A DNA stretch of 34,906 nt, taken from assembly GCA_937897365.1 (NCBI GenBank), contig CALCOP010000155.1, positions 1-34,906 of the forward strand, read 5' to 3'. Origin of the DNA: an uncultured euryarchaeote. Its GTDB lineage: Archaea > Thermoplasmatota > Poseidoniia > Poseidoniales > Poseidoniaceae. Made by a program: the position numbers and the translations under genes. The first letter of the stretch is position 1. Each line of letters starts with the position of its first letter. This document shows positions 1-8,247 of this stretch, one piece after another. The notes beneath the pieces are model-generated. The model saw only the letters and a program-made list of their open reading frames with translations. It did not search any database and was not told the DNA's origin.

Positions 1-2163
1 AGAGATGTGCAACACATCATCGTACACACATCGCGTGTCAACGACGCCTCAGACAATTCATGGAACACCAATGGTGCAAATCATGATGTGAGTCATAAAT
101 ATGGATACGGAGTTATTGATGCCGGAGCAGCTGTTGCAATGGCAGAAACATGGATTTCTGTTGATGAAGAGACATATGTTTCATCTGGAACTCTTAACTG
201 CTTACAATGTGATATTCCTGATAACAGTCCAAACTTTGTTTCCGTAAACACGACGGTTACTGAACCAATTCGAGTAGAAAATGTGGATGTAATCGTCGAT
301 ATTACTCATGAATTTAGAGGGGATTTAGAAATGATATTGACAAGTCCTGATGGCACACGTAGTATTCTCAGCGAAAAGCATAGTGACGAAGGTCAAGATT
401 TCAGTAACTGGCGTTTTTCGACTGTTCACCACTGGGATGAGGACAGTCGCGGAGAATGGACGCTGACCGTCGAAGATCAGGGGAACAATGATGTTGGCTC
501 CCTTGACTCTTGGGAATTGATTGTCTATGGGACTGAAATCAATGTTGATACAGACGGTGATAATTTAACAAACTCCAACGAAACGGATATTTACGGAACC
601 GATCCTGAAGACTATGACACTGATGATGACACAATAAGCGATGGCGATGAAGTCCTCGTTTTTGGTACCAACCCGCTTCTCAGTGACACCGATGGTGATG
701 GATTGTCAGATGGAGTTGAAATCAATGTCAACGGAACTGACCCGTTGGACAACGATACAGATGGTGATTTGTTACTCGATGGAGAAGAGGTCTTACTCTA
801 TGGTACAAATCCATTGATACCCGACCCAGATGCGGATATCGACAATTTCTACTGGTTCGAGGATTGTAACGATACAAATGCGCAAATCTACCCCGGTGCT
901 GAAGAAATTTTGAATGGAGTGGATGACAACTGTGATGGACATTGGGATGAGAGTTTCAATGAAACTGATTCCGATGAGGATGGACTTTCAGATTTTGCAG
1001 AGTTCCATATCTATGGGACCAACCTCTCCCTCTCTGACACCGATGGAGATTTCCTAAGTGATGGAGATGAAATACTGATTCTCTTAACCGACCCTCTTGT
1101 CAAAGATAATGATTCTGATATGGACGGTTATTATTGGTTTGAGGACTGTAATGATACGAATGCCAGTATTGCTCCAAATATCGAAGAATTGCTGGACGGT
1201 ATCGATAACAATTGTGATGGCCTTATCGATGAAATTTTCAACGGAACCGATACAGACGAGGACGGTTTACTCGACCTTGAGGAATTTCTCGAAATTGGAA
1301 CAGATCCGTTTGATGCAGACACTGATGATGATGGTTTGACCGATGGAATAGAAGTATTATCCACCTTTACCAATCCATTTGTCCCTGACCTTGATGAAGA
1401 TCAAGATGGTTTTCGTTGGTTCTTGGATTGTAACGACAACGATTCAACTCAATCTCCGAACGCTGTAGAAATTTGGAACGGATTGGACGACGATTGCGAT
1501 AATTCAATCGATGAAGATGTTGAACGTGCAAGCCTGATAACGCCGATGCCGTTGTTGGCAGAAGTTAACCTCAACGCCACCAATGATTCACTTGAACTAT
1601 CTGTTTCACTCAACCTTGATTCTGATTCTATTGAGCGACTCAATATCACAGTCCAGTGGTATCGAAATCAGACCATGGTCGCTCAAGGACAAACGTTTTC
1701 TGAACAACCCCATAATTGCCAGCAACCCCTCAATGATTTTTCAATCGAGCTCTGCAATCTCAACGGAACCGTCGGGCCTTACGAGATCAGAGCAGTCGTG
1801 TTCGATGATGTAGGTTTCATTGAAGTAAAATGGTCAGTAACATACACTGTTTGGCAACCACCCGTTGTTGAACAAGATGAGGAAACAATCATCCAATCCA
1901 ATGAAAACGAGGAAGGCGTCGCTCTTCCTGAGAATCTACTGGTATGGGTCTTAGCAGGAATTGTCGTCATTCTAAGTGGAATCTTGGTCATGACTCGTCG
2001 ACAAAATGCACGTCCAATACAGCCAAACCGGCCAAAACAAGCCCCTGCAACATTTATTCCTTCACAGAAATATTCGAATGTACCGTCAGCACCTGACTTT
2101 TCCAAAATGGGAGAATATGTACCGCCCTCAAATAACGAATGGGACACGAACCGATGGAAGTAG
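1..2163 (+). CDS. 5'-truncated kexin/furin-like S8 serine protease: end of catalytic domain, P (proprotein convertase) domain, Ca-binding DxDxDG repeats, MopE-like Cys motifs, C-terminal TM anchor
   Basis: Frame is open from base 1 (RDVQHIIV, cf. furin RDMQH). HKYGYGVIDA motif; P-domain signature (HEFRGDLEMILTSPDGT...HHWDEDSRGEWTL); many DTDGDGLSDGxE repeats; three DCND...P...E..NG.DD.CD units; hydrophobic LLVWVLAGIVVILSGILVM followed by RR. Confidence 0.85.
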   Translation, partial: RDVQHIIVHTSRVNDASDNSWNTNGANHDVSHKYGYGVIDAGAAVAMAETWISVDEETYVSSGTLNCLQCDIPDNSPNFVSVNTTVTEPIRVENVDVIVDITHEFRGDLEMILTSPDGTRSILSEKHSDEGQDFSNWRFSTVHHWDEDSRGEWTLTVEDQGNNDVGSLDSWELIVYGTEINVDTDGDNLTNSNETDIYGTDPEDYDTDDDTISDGDEVLVFGTNPLLSDTDGDGLSDGVEINVNGTDPLDNDTDGDLLLDGEEVLLYGTNPLIPDPDADIDNFYWFEDCNDTNAQIYPGAEEILNGVDDNCDGHWDESFNETDSDEDGLSDFAEFHIYGTNLSLSDTDGDFLSDGDEILILLTDPLVKDNDSDMDGYYWFEDCNDTNASIAPNIEELLDGIDNNCDGLIDEIFNGTDTDEDGLLDLEEFLEIGTDPFDADTDDDGLTDGIEVLSTFTNPFVPDLDEDQDGFRWFLDCNDNDSTQSPNAVEIWNGLDDDCDNSIDEDVERASLITPMPLLAEVNLNATNDSLELSVSLNLDSDSIERLNITVQWYRNQTMVAQGQTFSEQPHNCQQPLNDFSIELCNLNGTVGPYEIRAVVFDDVGFIEVKWSVTYTVWQPPVVEQDEETIIQSNENEEGVALPENLLVWVLAGIVVILSGILVMTRRQNARPIQPNRPKQAPATFIPSQKYSNVPSAPDFSKMGEYVPPSNNEWDTNRWK
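541..1520 (+). repeat. Intragenic protein repeats: DxDxDGLxDGxE (thrombospondin type-3-like) alternating with three WFxDCND...DxxCD modules
   Basis: Directly visible in the translation; coordinates approximate. Confidence 0.8.
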
Positions 2164-4332
2164 TTACAATCGATTGGAAATAATACTCCAACCTACCAAT
2201 CGGCCCTCTTCAGCGTCTGCAAGAAGATTCAGTTGATGGTGTTCATCGTTTTCGTCCCAAGAACGAGAGATGTCCATGGTTACCGCTCCGTCTCCTCCAT
2301 CGCCAATTTGTGAAAGAAGTGAACCAATGTCATTGCCGGGGACTGCGATTAAGTAACCAACTTGGACATCGTCTTGATACTCACCAGAGGATGTAAAAAA
2401 GCGGTCATTTCCAAACAAGACATTGTAGCGAGATGAATCAGAAAATCGTGATTCAAGTTTGGTGATATTGAGGGTTTTTGGAATTGAATCACGGTTGTAC
2501 GAAGTTGAATCCAAATCTCCTCTTTTATCATAAACGCAATTGTCTTCATTTGGCGTCCCAGTCAAATTAAATTGCACCCATCCTGCTTGTTCGTCCGCCG
2601 CCACCCATGAGAGATTCCATTGTGAAGATGTTGAGGAAATTTGCGTTGTTGTTCCGCGCCAAATGTAACCGTTTTCTTCCAAAGCACGAGATGCTCCCGG
2701 AGCAATAGAATTTGGCCAGTGGTCAAAGCACGAAAGAGCGTCTTCAAAGGTATGCTGGCGAAGTGTCGAATCGTCTGGCATGTGAAGGTCATATTCGCCC
2801 CATGTTTCTAATTCACTGCTTGAAGGACCCAAGAGATTCGCTTGGGGTTTAGAATCATAGGAAAGGCCAAGGTCGAGTTGTTTTTCTCCACGTTGAAGAG
2901 TGAGTTTGGAAAACGTATGGCGTAACTCTAATTCCCCTTCTGGCAATACATAGTCGTTGAGTAATTGCGAGGTAGGAGAACAGCCGGATTGACTCGTCTG
3001 TGATTCAGAAATTAACACGTCAACTGTTTGTTTCGCGGCCCAAGGATTACCCTCTTCAACCCACAGATTCATGGTAGCTGAGCCCAAACAATACGCCTCG
3101 ATATCATGATGGGTAGCAACGATTTTCCAAACCATCTCACCACCAAACTCATCATTTCCAATAACGCGCCAATCCCAGCCAAGGTTACTGCCTGTAGCGC
3201 CATTATCGATTAAATCATTTGCGAAAAGGTGCTGCAGTTCTACCGGTTGCATCATTAACGCAAGACCGGGTGCAAGGGTCTCAAGTCCACCGAGTAGGCC
3301 GCCTACACCATAACTCATGGTTGTTCCATGGTATTTACCAATTGGAGAAGGCAAGTCAAATCCCCAATCCAACTGCGTTGCTTTCGTATCCTGGTTTCGT
3401 AACTCTGTATATGTTGTTGAGGTCAAGTCTGCTGTTCCTGAACCTGTAATGGCTCCGAACTCACAAACAGTGCCAAGTGAAAGATGTCGATTGACTCGGA
3501 AGGGGTCAAGGGAATTGGTATTTACAGTTTCAACTGATAACCATTCAGCGCCCATACCACCGACAATGCGAACCGCTCCTCGTCGGTCATTTGACCCTTC
3601 ATTGACTAATTCACTCGTACCACCTTCAGTGATAGAAAGCCCACCTATTCCACCAAAATCAATTGAAATCTTACAGATGTCGTCCTCAGTTTCTAATTGA
3701 TCCATAACCAATTCAACAAAACCCTCTGTAGCGATAAAGGTCGCTAAACCATCATTATCGCCATTGATTTCGTATTGCATACTGTCGCCATAACGTAACG
3801 ATTCAGCAGTAAAAGAATCGAGCTGGTTGCCAAGATAGTAATATCCGCCGGCGCCAAGGATGATGAGGGTGAGAAGTACTGCAGCAACCTGGGGTCTGCG
3901 AACAATATCAAGAAGCGTTGCTGGCCCATCGCTCACCGACTTTTTCTTTTCTTTCGGTTGGGTTTTCTTAGAGACCTTTGCAGGCTCTAAATCCATGATT
4001 TCGGCATCGAGAATCTCAGCATCAAGGACTTTGGATTCAGTTGGAGATTTTTGTTGCTCGACAATTTCAACGGTTTCAGAAGGCGTTATCGTTTCTTCAT
4101 CCTCGAGGGAAAGAACGATTTCCGATTTCGATTCCAGAACTGGTGTTTTCTCAGGCTCGGAGTCTGAGAGGAGGGTTTCTTCTTCGGGCAATCCAACCTC
4201 TTTATTTGTAAGGCCCGATTCAAGAAGACGTTCAACAAGATCTGACTTCTTGCCGGAGGTTGGTAAATCGTTGAGGATGCAAAGCGCTTTGAGTTTCGCA
4301 ACCGTCAAAGTCGATGTTTGCTCACCCGACAT
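2164..4332 (-). CDS. SAP-domain membrane protein (N-terminal SAP, acidic linker, single TM, large Cys-containing ectodomain)
   Basis: LTVAKLKALCILNDLPTSGKKSDLVERL matches the SAP consensus; TM AAVLLTLIILGAGGYYYL; 722 aa. Confidence 0.75.
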   Translation of the reverse strand: MSGEQTSTLTVAKLKALCILNDLPTSGKKSDLVERLLESGLTNKEVGLPEEETLLSDSEPEKTPVLESKSEIVLSLEDEETITPSETVEIVEQQKSPTESKVLDAEILDAEIMDLEPAKVSKKTQPKEKKKSVSDGPATLLDIVRRPQVAAVLLTLIILGAGGYYYLGNQLDSFTAESLRYGDSMQYEINGDNDGLATFIATEGFVELVMDQLETEDDICKISIDFGGIGGLSITEGGTSELVNEGSNDRRGAVRIVGGMGAEWLSVETVNTNSLDPFRVNRHLSLGTVCEFGAITGSGTADLTSTTYTELRNQDTKATQLDWGFDLPSPIGKYHGTTMSYGVGGLLGGLETLAPGLALMMQPVELQHLFANDLIDNGATGSNLGWDWRVIGNDEFGGEMVWKIVATHHDIEAYCLGSATMNLWVEEGNPWAAKQTVDVLISESQTSQSGCSPTSQLLNDYVLPEGELELRHTFSKLTLQRGEKQLDLGLSYDSKPQANLLGPSSSELETWGEYDLHMPDDSTLRQHTFEDALSCFDHWPNSIAPGASRALEENGYIWRGTTTQISSTSSQWNLSWVAADEQAGWVQFNLTGTPNEDNCVYDKRGDLDSTSYNRDSIPKTLNITKLESRFSDSSRYNVLFGNDRFFTSSGEYQDDVQVGYLIAVPGNDIGSLLSQIGDGGDGAVTMDISRSWDENDEHHQLNLLADAEEGRLVGWSIISNRL

Positions 4333-4429
4333 TCCAAACCCTCATACATGCCTGTCGGCATCCCCTTTCAAGTATGACCCTCCATGCATGCTCCAAAGTG
4401 CAGGTTTTTACAACTCTTGAGACAGGGGA

Positions 4430-5488
4430 TTAGCCCTCATACGGAACATATGAACCTTCAGAGTTTTGCACATAAACGGTCTGCTCATAACTACCATCTG
4501 GTAATTTTTTGTAGAAATATCCGCCTTCAGCCGGTTCAAATGTTGCTTCAGAAGTTGGAGGTGATGGTGCAGTGACCGTATCCATTTCCTGTGACGGTTG
4601 TTCAACAGTAGTTTGCTGTTGTTCGGGAGGAGTGGATGGGGCTGGAGGGCCTGTTGGACCTGGTGCGGGGGGCCCGGTTGGACCAGGTGCAGGAGGACCT
4701 GTTGGACCAGGTGCGGGAGGGCCGCTTGGACCGGCTGCAACCCGAGCATCGGTAAGTGATGCCAAGACCTTCTGTTCAGTAGATTCATGTCCATTTTCAA
4801 GAATCTGTTTTACATGAGCCCCATGTTTTTGTGCCCCTATAAAGGCAAAAGCAGAGAGTGAGAGACAGATTAAACCGAATATTCCACCAATGACTTGGTT
4901 AGGCCAAACCTTGCCTTTAACTGTCATGTCGTTGTTGAATGTACCGTCAACCTCGCCGCTGGTTTCATTATAGTACTGGATGATTATACAATACTGACCC
5001 GGATCGACTGAGAACTTGAAGGTGTACTCCTCGCCTTCAATCAAGTCACCTATCGTTTGATACTGGTATGCGTGATTCCCTCCAAGTCTGGCTTCTTCTG
5101 TGAATATACCAAGATTCTGCTGACAGTTATTCATCTTGATAACATATGCGTTTATACTCGTGTTGGAATATGTTGGAGGGTTTACAGCAGTAACGTCGAG
5201 ATGGAGAGGTACATCAAACAAATCATCACCAGCCAGTGAAGGCCCCCACACAAGACCAATGTCCTTTTCTGTCGAATCTGTGAAATCATCGTAATCGGCA
5301 CTGAAAGGCATTGGGAAGAGGGCGAAAGTAAACATCAAAACAGCAATACCAAGCCATAGAAATACATTCCAGCGTGACTTTTTTAATTCATCTTTTCGCT
5401 GGTCAAGCGTCATCGGTTCTTCGGCTTCTTCTTGAGAAGAATCTATGGAATTTTCTTCCTCGTCCGCCACTACACCCGTATCGGTCAT
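4430..5488 (-). CDS. Hypothetical two-TM membrane protein with Pro/Gly-rich cytoplasmic tail
   Basis: 352-aa ORF; TM segments WNVFLWLGIAVLMFTFALF and IGGIFGLICLSLSAFAFIG; GPTGPPAP repeats. Confidence 0.75.
   Translation of the reverse strand: MTDTGVVADEEENSIDSSQEEAEEPMTLDQRKDELKKSRWNVFLWLGIAVLMFTFALFPMPFSADYDDFTDSTEKDIGLVWGPSLAGDDLFDVPLHLDVTAVNPPTYSNTSINAYVIKMNNCQQNLGIFTEEARLGGNHAYQYQTIGDLIEGEEYTFKFSVDPGQYCIIIQYYNETSGEVDGTFNNDMTVKGKVWPNQVIGGIFGLICLSLSAFAFIGAQKHGAHVKQILENGHESTEQKVLASLTDARVAAGPSGPPAPGPTGPPAPGPTGPPAPGPTGPPAPSTPPEQQQTTVEQPSQEMDTVTAPSPPTSEATFEPAEGGYFYKKLPDGSYEQTVYVQNSEGSYVPYEG
4640..4735 (-). repeat. Four tandem 24-nt units encoding GP(S/T)GPPAP
   Basis: GPSGPPAP-GPTGPPAP-GPTGPPAP-GPTGPPAP in the translation; third codon positions diverge between units. 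Confidence 0.85.
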
Positions 5489-5499
5489 GTTAACCCCGA

Positions 5500-5519
5500 T
5501 TTCAAGCGAGCACTTGAAA
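5500..5519. promoter_or_regulatory. Putative bidirectional promoter core / inverted repeat TTTCAAG-N6-CTTGAAA between divergent genes
   Basis: TTGAA centre at 5516 is 27 nt from ATG 5543 (+) and 28 nt from ATG 5488 (-). Confidence 0.5.
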
Positions 5520-5542
5520 GGCGCGACGGTTTCTCGACGAGC

Positions 5543-6784
5543 ATGGAGGAGTCTGGGATGAATCGCGACGAGGGGGCCGACAAAGTTGTCGACCTCCGCT
5601 TAGCAATTCTCTCTCGAGGACCACGCCTTTACAGCACAAGGAGGTTGGTTGAAGAGGCAAAGAAAAGGGGACTCAGCCCCTATGTTGCCGATCCAATGAA
5701 GTTCTCACTCTTCGTTGCTGACGGTCGCATCGACATACTTCATAACGGCGAACCGTTCAGTTATGATGCGGTTATTCCCCGAATTGGACATTCAATCACG
5801 AAACATGGGGTAGCGGTCTTGAGGCACCTTGAACAATTGGGCATTTGGACTGCAAATACCGGGGCTGGTATTCTGAAAAGTCGGGACAAACTCCATGCAT
5901 CACAGATTTTAGCAAGAAATCGTATACCTGTTCCGCGAACGACGTATGTTCGTGACATCATCGATGTTGAAACGGCTGTGGATTTTGTCGGAGGATTGCC
6001 AGTTGTGATTAAAGTCACACAGGGCACTCAAGGTCAAGGCGTGTTTTTACGACATACAATACGTGAGGCTCGTAACCTTGTTCAAGGATTGTTACTTACA
6101 GGTCGTTCAATTTTAATTCAAGAGTACATTGCTGAGTCACACGGAAAGGATATTCGGGCCTTGGTGGTTGGAGACAGAGTTGTTGCAAGCATGCGTAGGC
6201 GTGCACGTGGCCGAGAATTTCGCAGCAACTACCACTTGAATGGAACTGTTGAAAACGTTGATCTGCCAAAAGAATTTGAAGAGGCGGCATGTCGTGCTGC
6301 ACGTGTTCTCGGCCTGCATGTTGCCGGAGTAGACCTACTTGAATCGACCAATGGACCCTTGGTTTTGGAAGTCAATTCCTCTCCTGGACTTGAAGGAATT
6401 GAGAAAGCAAGTGGAGTCAATGTTGCTGGAGAAATTATCGACTATGTGACCAGTGAAACCGCTTTCTCTGAAGTTGACCTTGACCAGTTACTTCGAACCG
6501 TGCCCGGAGCAGGCGTACTTTCCCTGCAGATTCGAAACCATCCTGTGTTGGTCGGACAACCTCTTGCGAGATTATTCAAACCAAATGTCGAAATCCCCGT
6601 TTTCGCACTGTCACGTGACAACAGCTTACTGTGGAACCCCAGTGATGAACTGCAATTACGTTACGAAGATGTTCTCATCTGTTATGGTGAACTCACTGAA
6701 TTGAGAAGTTCCCTACGCCAGGCAATGCTTGAAGTCCCTCAGCAAGCGTTTGATATCCCTTCATCCGAAGAAACGAATGCTTGA
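5543..6784 (+). CDS. rimK: RimK-family ATP-grasp alpha-L-glutamate ligase with C-terminal RCK_C/TrkA-C-like extension
   Basis: LYSTRRLVEEA, DAVIPRIG, SRDKL, GTQGQGV, QEYI, DIRALVVG, EFRSNYH and LEVNSSPGLEGIE motifs. Extra ~110 aa (HPVLVGQPL...PSDELQLRYEDVL). Start 5543 (alternative 5558) chosen because the track start at 5432 overlaps the divergent gene. Confidence 0.85.
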   Translation: MEESGMNRDEGADKVVDLRLAILSRGPRLYSTRRLVEEAKKRGLSPYVADPMKFSLFVADGRIDILHNGEPFSYDAVIPRIGHSITKHGVAVLRHLEQLGIWTANTGAGILKSRDKLHASQILARNRIPVPRTTYVRDIIDVETAVDFVGGLPVVIKVTQGTQGQGVFLRHTIREARNLVQGLLLTGRSILIQEYIAESHGKDIRALVVGDRVVASMRRRARGREFRSNYHLNGTVENVDLPKEFEEAACRAARVLGLHVAGVDLLESTNGPLVLEVNSSPGLEGIEKASGVNVAGEIIDYVTSETAFSEVDLDQLLRTVPGAGVLSLQIRNHPVLVGQPLARLFKPNVEIPVFALSRDNSLLWNPSDELQLRYEDVLICYGELTELRSSLRQAMLEVPQQAFDIPSSEETNA

Positions 6785-6834
6785 CTCGGCGATGGAAAAA
6801 AGGGGTATTACTCGAATCCTCAAACGATAGAACG

Positions 6835-7019
6835 CGCGGTGGTTTGATATGGTAGTCCGTCTTCTTCCCTCTTGCTCTACGGAGCACGGGATGCACACTC
6901 GCCCTAGGCGGGAGGCGGTGAACGCCAATGAATATGCGGAGAAGAGAGGAGCGAAATCGCAAGGCTTTGAGGCCAAGCCAAATGCGGCTTAACAACGCCT
7001 CAGTGGCGCTTCCACCGCG
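6835..7019 (+). ncRNA. Candidate structured RNA (unknown class) upstream of xerA
   Basis: Terminal helix CGCGGTGG (6835-6842)/CCACCGCG (7012-7019), a cUACGg tetraloop hairpin and at least four further stems; about 57% GC by hand count over 6841-7020. Strand inferred from the UNCG loop. Confidence 0.45.
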
Positions 7020-7029
7020 TTTGACACAC

Positions 7030-8022
7030 ATGCAAAATCTGCCCTGGTTTGAATGCTATATGCAGACCTTAAAAGCTGAAAATAAATCACAAAATACTCA
7101 GAAATCTTATGCCAGCGGACTTCGTGCTTTGATTGAGACTACGCTACCGAATGAAAATGTCCTTTCCGAAAGAGATTATCAAGAAATGACGGTCTTCGAA
7201 CTCGCAGAAAGAATGGAACCACTCAACGGCAGAATTGATCGATGGACGCACGGACTTTCCGATCTCCGTCCTACGACATATAACGCTCGCCTCGCAGCCG
7301 CACGTCATTTATTGAAATGGTTGGGGCATAGGTGGCCAGACCATTTGGTTCGGGCACGAACTGGAAAGCGACTTCCCCGAACTTTGAATCGAAGAGAAAT
7401 GACAATGGTTTTGGAAGCTTCTGCGAAAAGTGAAGACCCCGTTGCATCAATCGTGGTTACTATGATGCTCGACACGGGTTTGCGTGTGAGTGAAGTTTGT
7501 AATCTCAACCGAAATGACATCGACCTCGAGGATGGCTCTGCTCGTGTCTACGGCGGCAAGGGTGACAAGGATCGATTGGTACTCTTTACTCGGCGAACGC
7601 TTGAGCGAATCCATGCATGGATTCCCATTCGCGATGCTCGCGTGCGAGATGATGATTTTGCTTTCCTTTTGAATTCCGCTGGAAGACGCCTCCAACCTCG
7701 TGGAGTCCAACGATTGATGGACTCACTTGCCCAAGATGCTGGCCTTCCAAAAGGCAAATTGACACCTCACGTTTTGCGTCACAATTTTGCTACGGGACTC
7801 TTGGAAAGAGGAGCGGACTTAGTGACCATTCAACGACTACTCGGCCATTCGAGCATAGCAACGACGCGAGTATATCTTGAGATATCAGACCAAACATTGC
7901 GTGAAGTCTATCACCGAGCTCAAGCAACTCGCGAAACGCTTGAATCGGCTGCAGCACGTCCAGAAGATGAGCAGGAACTCATTGATACGACACCTTCAAC
8001 CAGTTCCATTGGAATCGAGTGA
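7030..8022 (+). CDS. xerA: XerA/XerC-D family tyrosine recombinase
   Basis: Catalytic R-K-H-R-H-Y set: TGLRVSE, GKGDKDR, HVLRHNFAT, LGHSS, TRVY. N-terminal SAM-like domain (KSQNTQKSY). Start at ATG 7030 preferred; the ORF is open from 6928. Confidence 0.85.
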   Translation: MQNLPWFECYMQTLKAENKSQNTQKSYASGLRALIETTLPNENVLSERDYQEMTVFELAERMEPLNGRIDRWTHGLSDLRPTTYNARLAAARHLLKWLGHRWPDHLVRARTGKRLPRTLNRREMTMVLEASAKSEDPVASIVVTMMLDTGLRVSEVCNLNRNDIDLEDGSARVYGGKGDKDRLVLFTRRTLERIHAWIPIRDARVRDDDFAFLLNSAGRRLQPRGVQRLMDSLAQDAGLPKGKLTPHVLRHNFATGLLERGADLVTIQRLLGHSSIATTRVYLEISDQTLREVYHRAQATRETLESAAARPEDEQELIDTTPSTSSIGIE

Positions 8023-8023
8023 G

Positions 8024-8206
8024 TCACTTTCGCTTTTTTTTCTGCTTTTTTATTGTTGCAGGGCCCGTCCATTCACGATGAGGGACGATTTCTTGACCGT
8101 TGTGGCCTTCAATTGGACAAAATTTTCCCGAGCGGCAACGCGAGCACTTCTCTTTTGAAGGCATCTCGACCGTTTTTCGTAAACGACCATACTTACGCCT
8201 TGGCAT
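8024..8206 (-). CDS. Small (60 aa) highly basic protein with putative Zn site (CxxC-x5-C-x4-H)
   Basis: MPRRKYGRLRK...KCSRCRSGKFCPIEGH...KKQKKKRK; a TTCAA element is centred 27 nt upstream of ATG 8206. Confidence 0.6.
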   Translation of the reverse strand: MPRRKYGRLRKTVEMPSKEKCSRCRSGKFCPIEGHNGQEIVPHREWTGPATIKKQKKKRK

Positions 8207-8247
8207 ATACTTCGATTCGAAAGAGGGTCTTTGAACAATTCGCGAAA

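Noticed and set aside
3860-4420. 186-aa plus-strand ORF and similar antisense or alternate-frame ORFs (e.g. 11302-11757, 13245-13742, 16173-16676, 28907-29476)
   Set aside because: They overlap well-supported genes and have no recognisable motifs.
4640-4735. Collagen triple-helix domain or CRISPR-like repeat
   Set aside because: The period is 8 aa rather than uninterrupted Gly-X-Y; the units are tandem coding repeats with no spacers.
5496-5523. TTTCAAG-N6-CTTGAAA as a dif site for XerA
   Set aside because: It has a 6-nt spacer but only 7-bp arms and lacks the inner TAA-N6-TTA of known dif sites; better explained as promoter boxes.
6835-7019. Assignment of the structured element as RNase P RNA, SRP RNA or a c-di-GMP riboswitch
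   Set aside because: Only fragmentary resemblance; GAGGAA/ACAGAA, the SRP helix-8 GNRA/AGCA loop and the GEMM tetraloop/receptor are not properly present. Left unclassified.
6928-8022. Tyrosine recombinase as the integrase of a provirus or genomic island
   Set aside because: No adjacent tRNA, att-like direct repeats or viral/plasmid genes; flanks are housekeeping-like; motifs fit chromosomal XerA.
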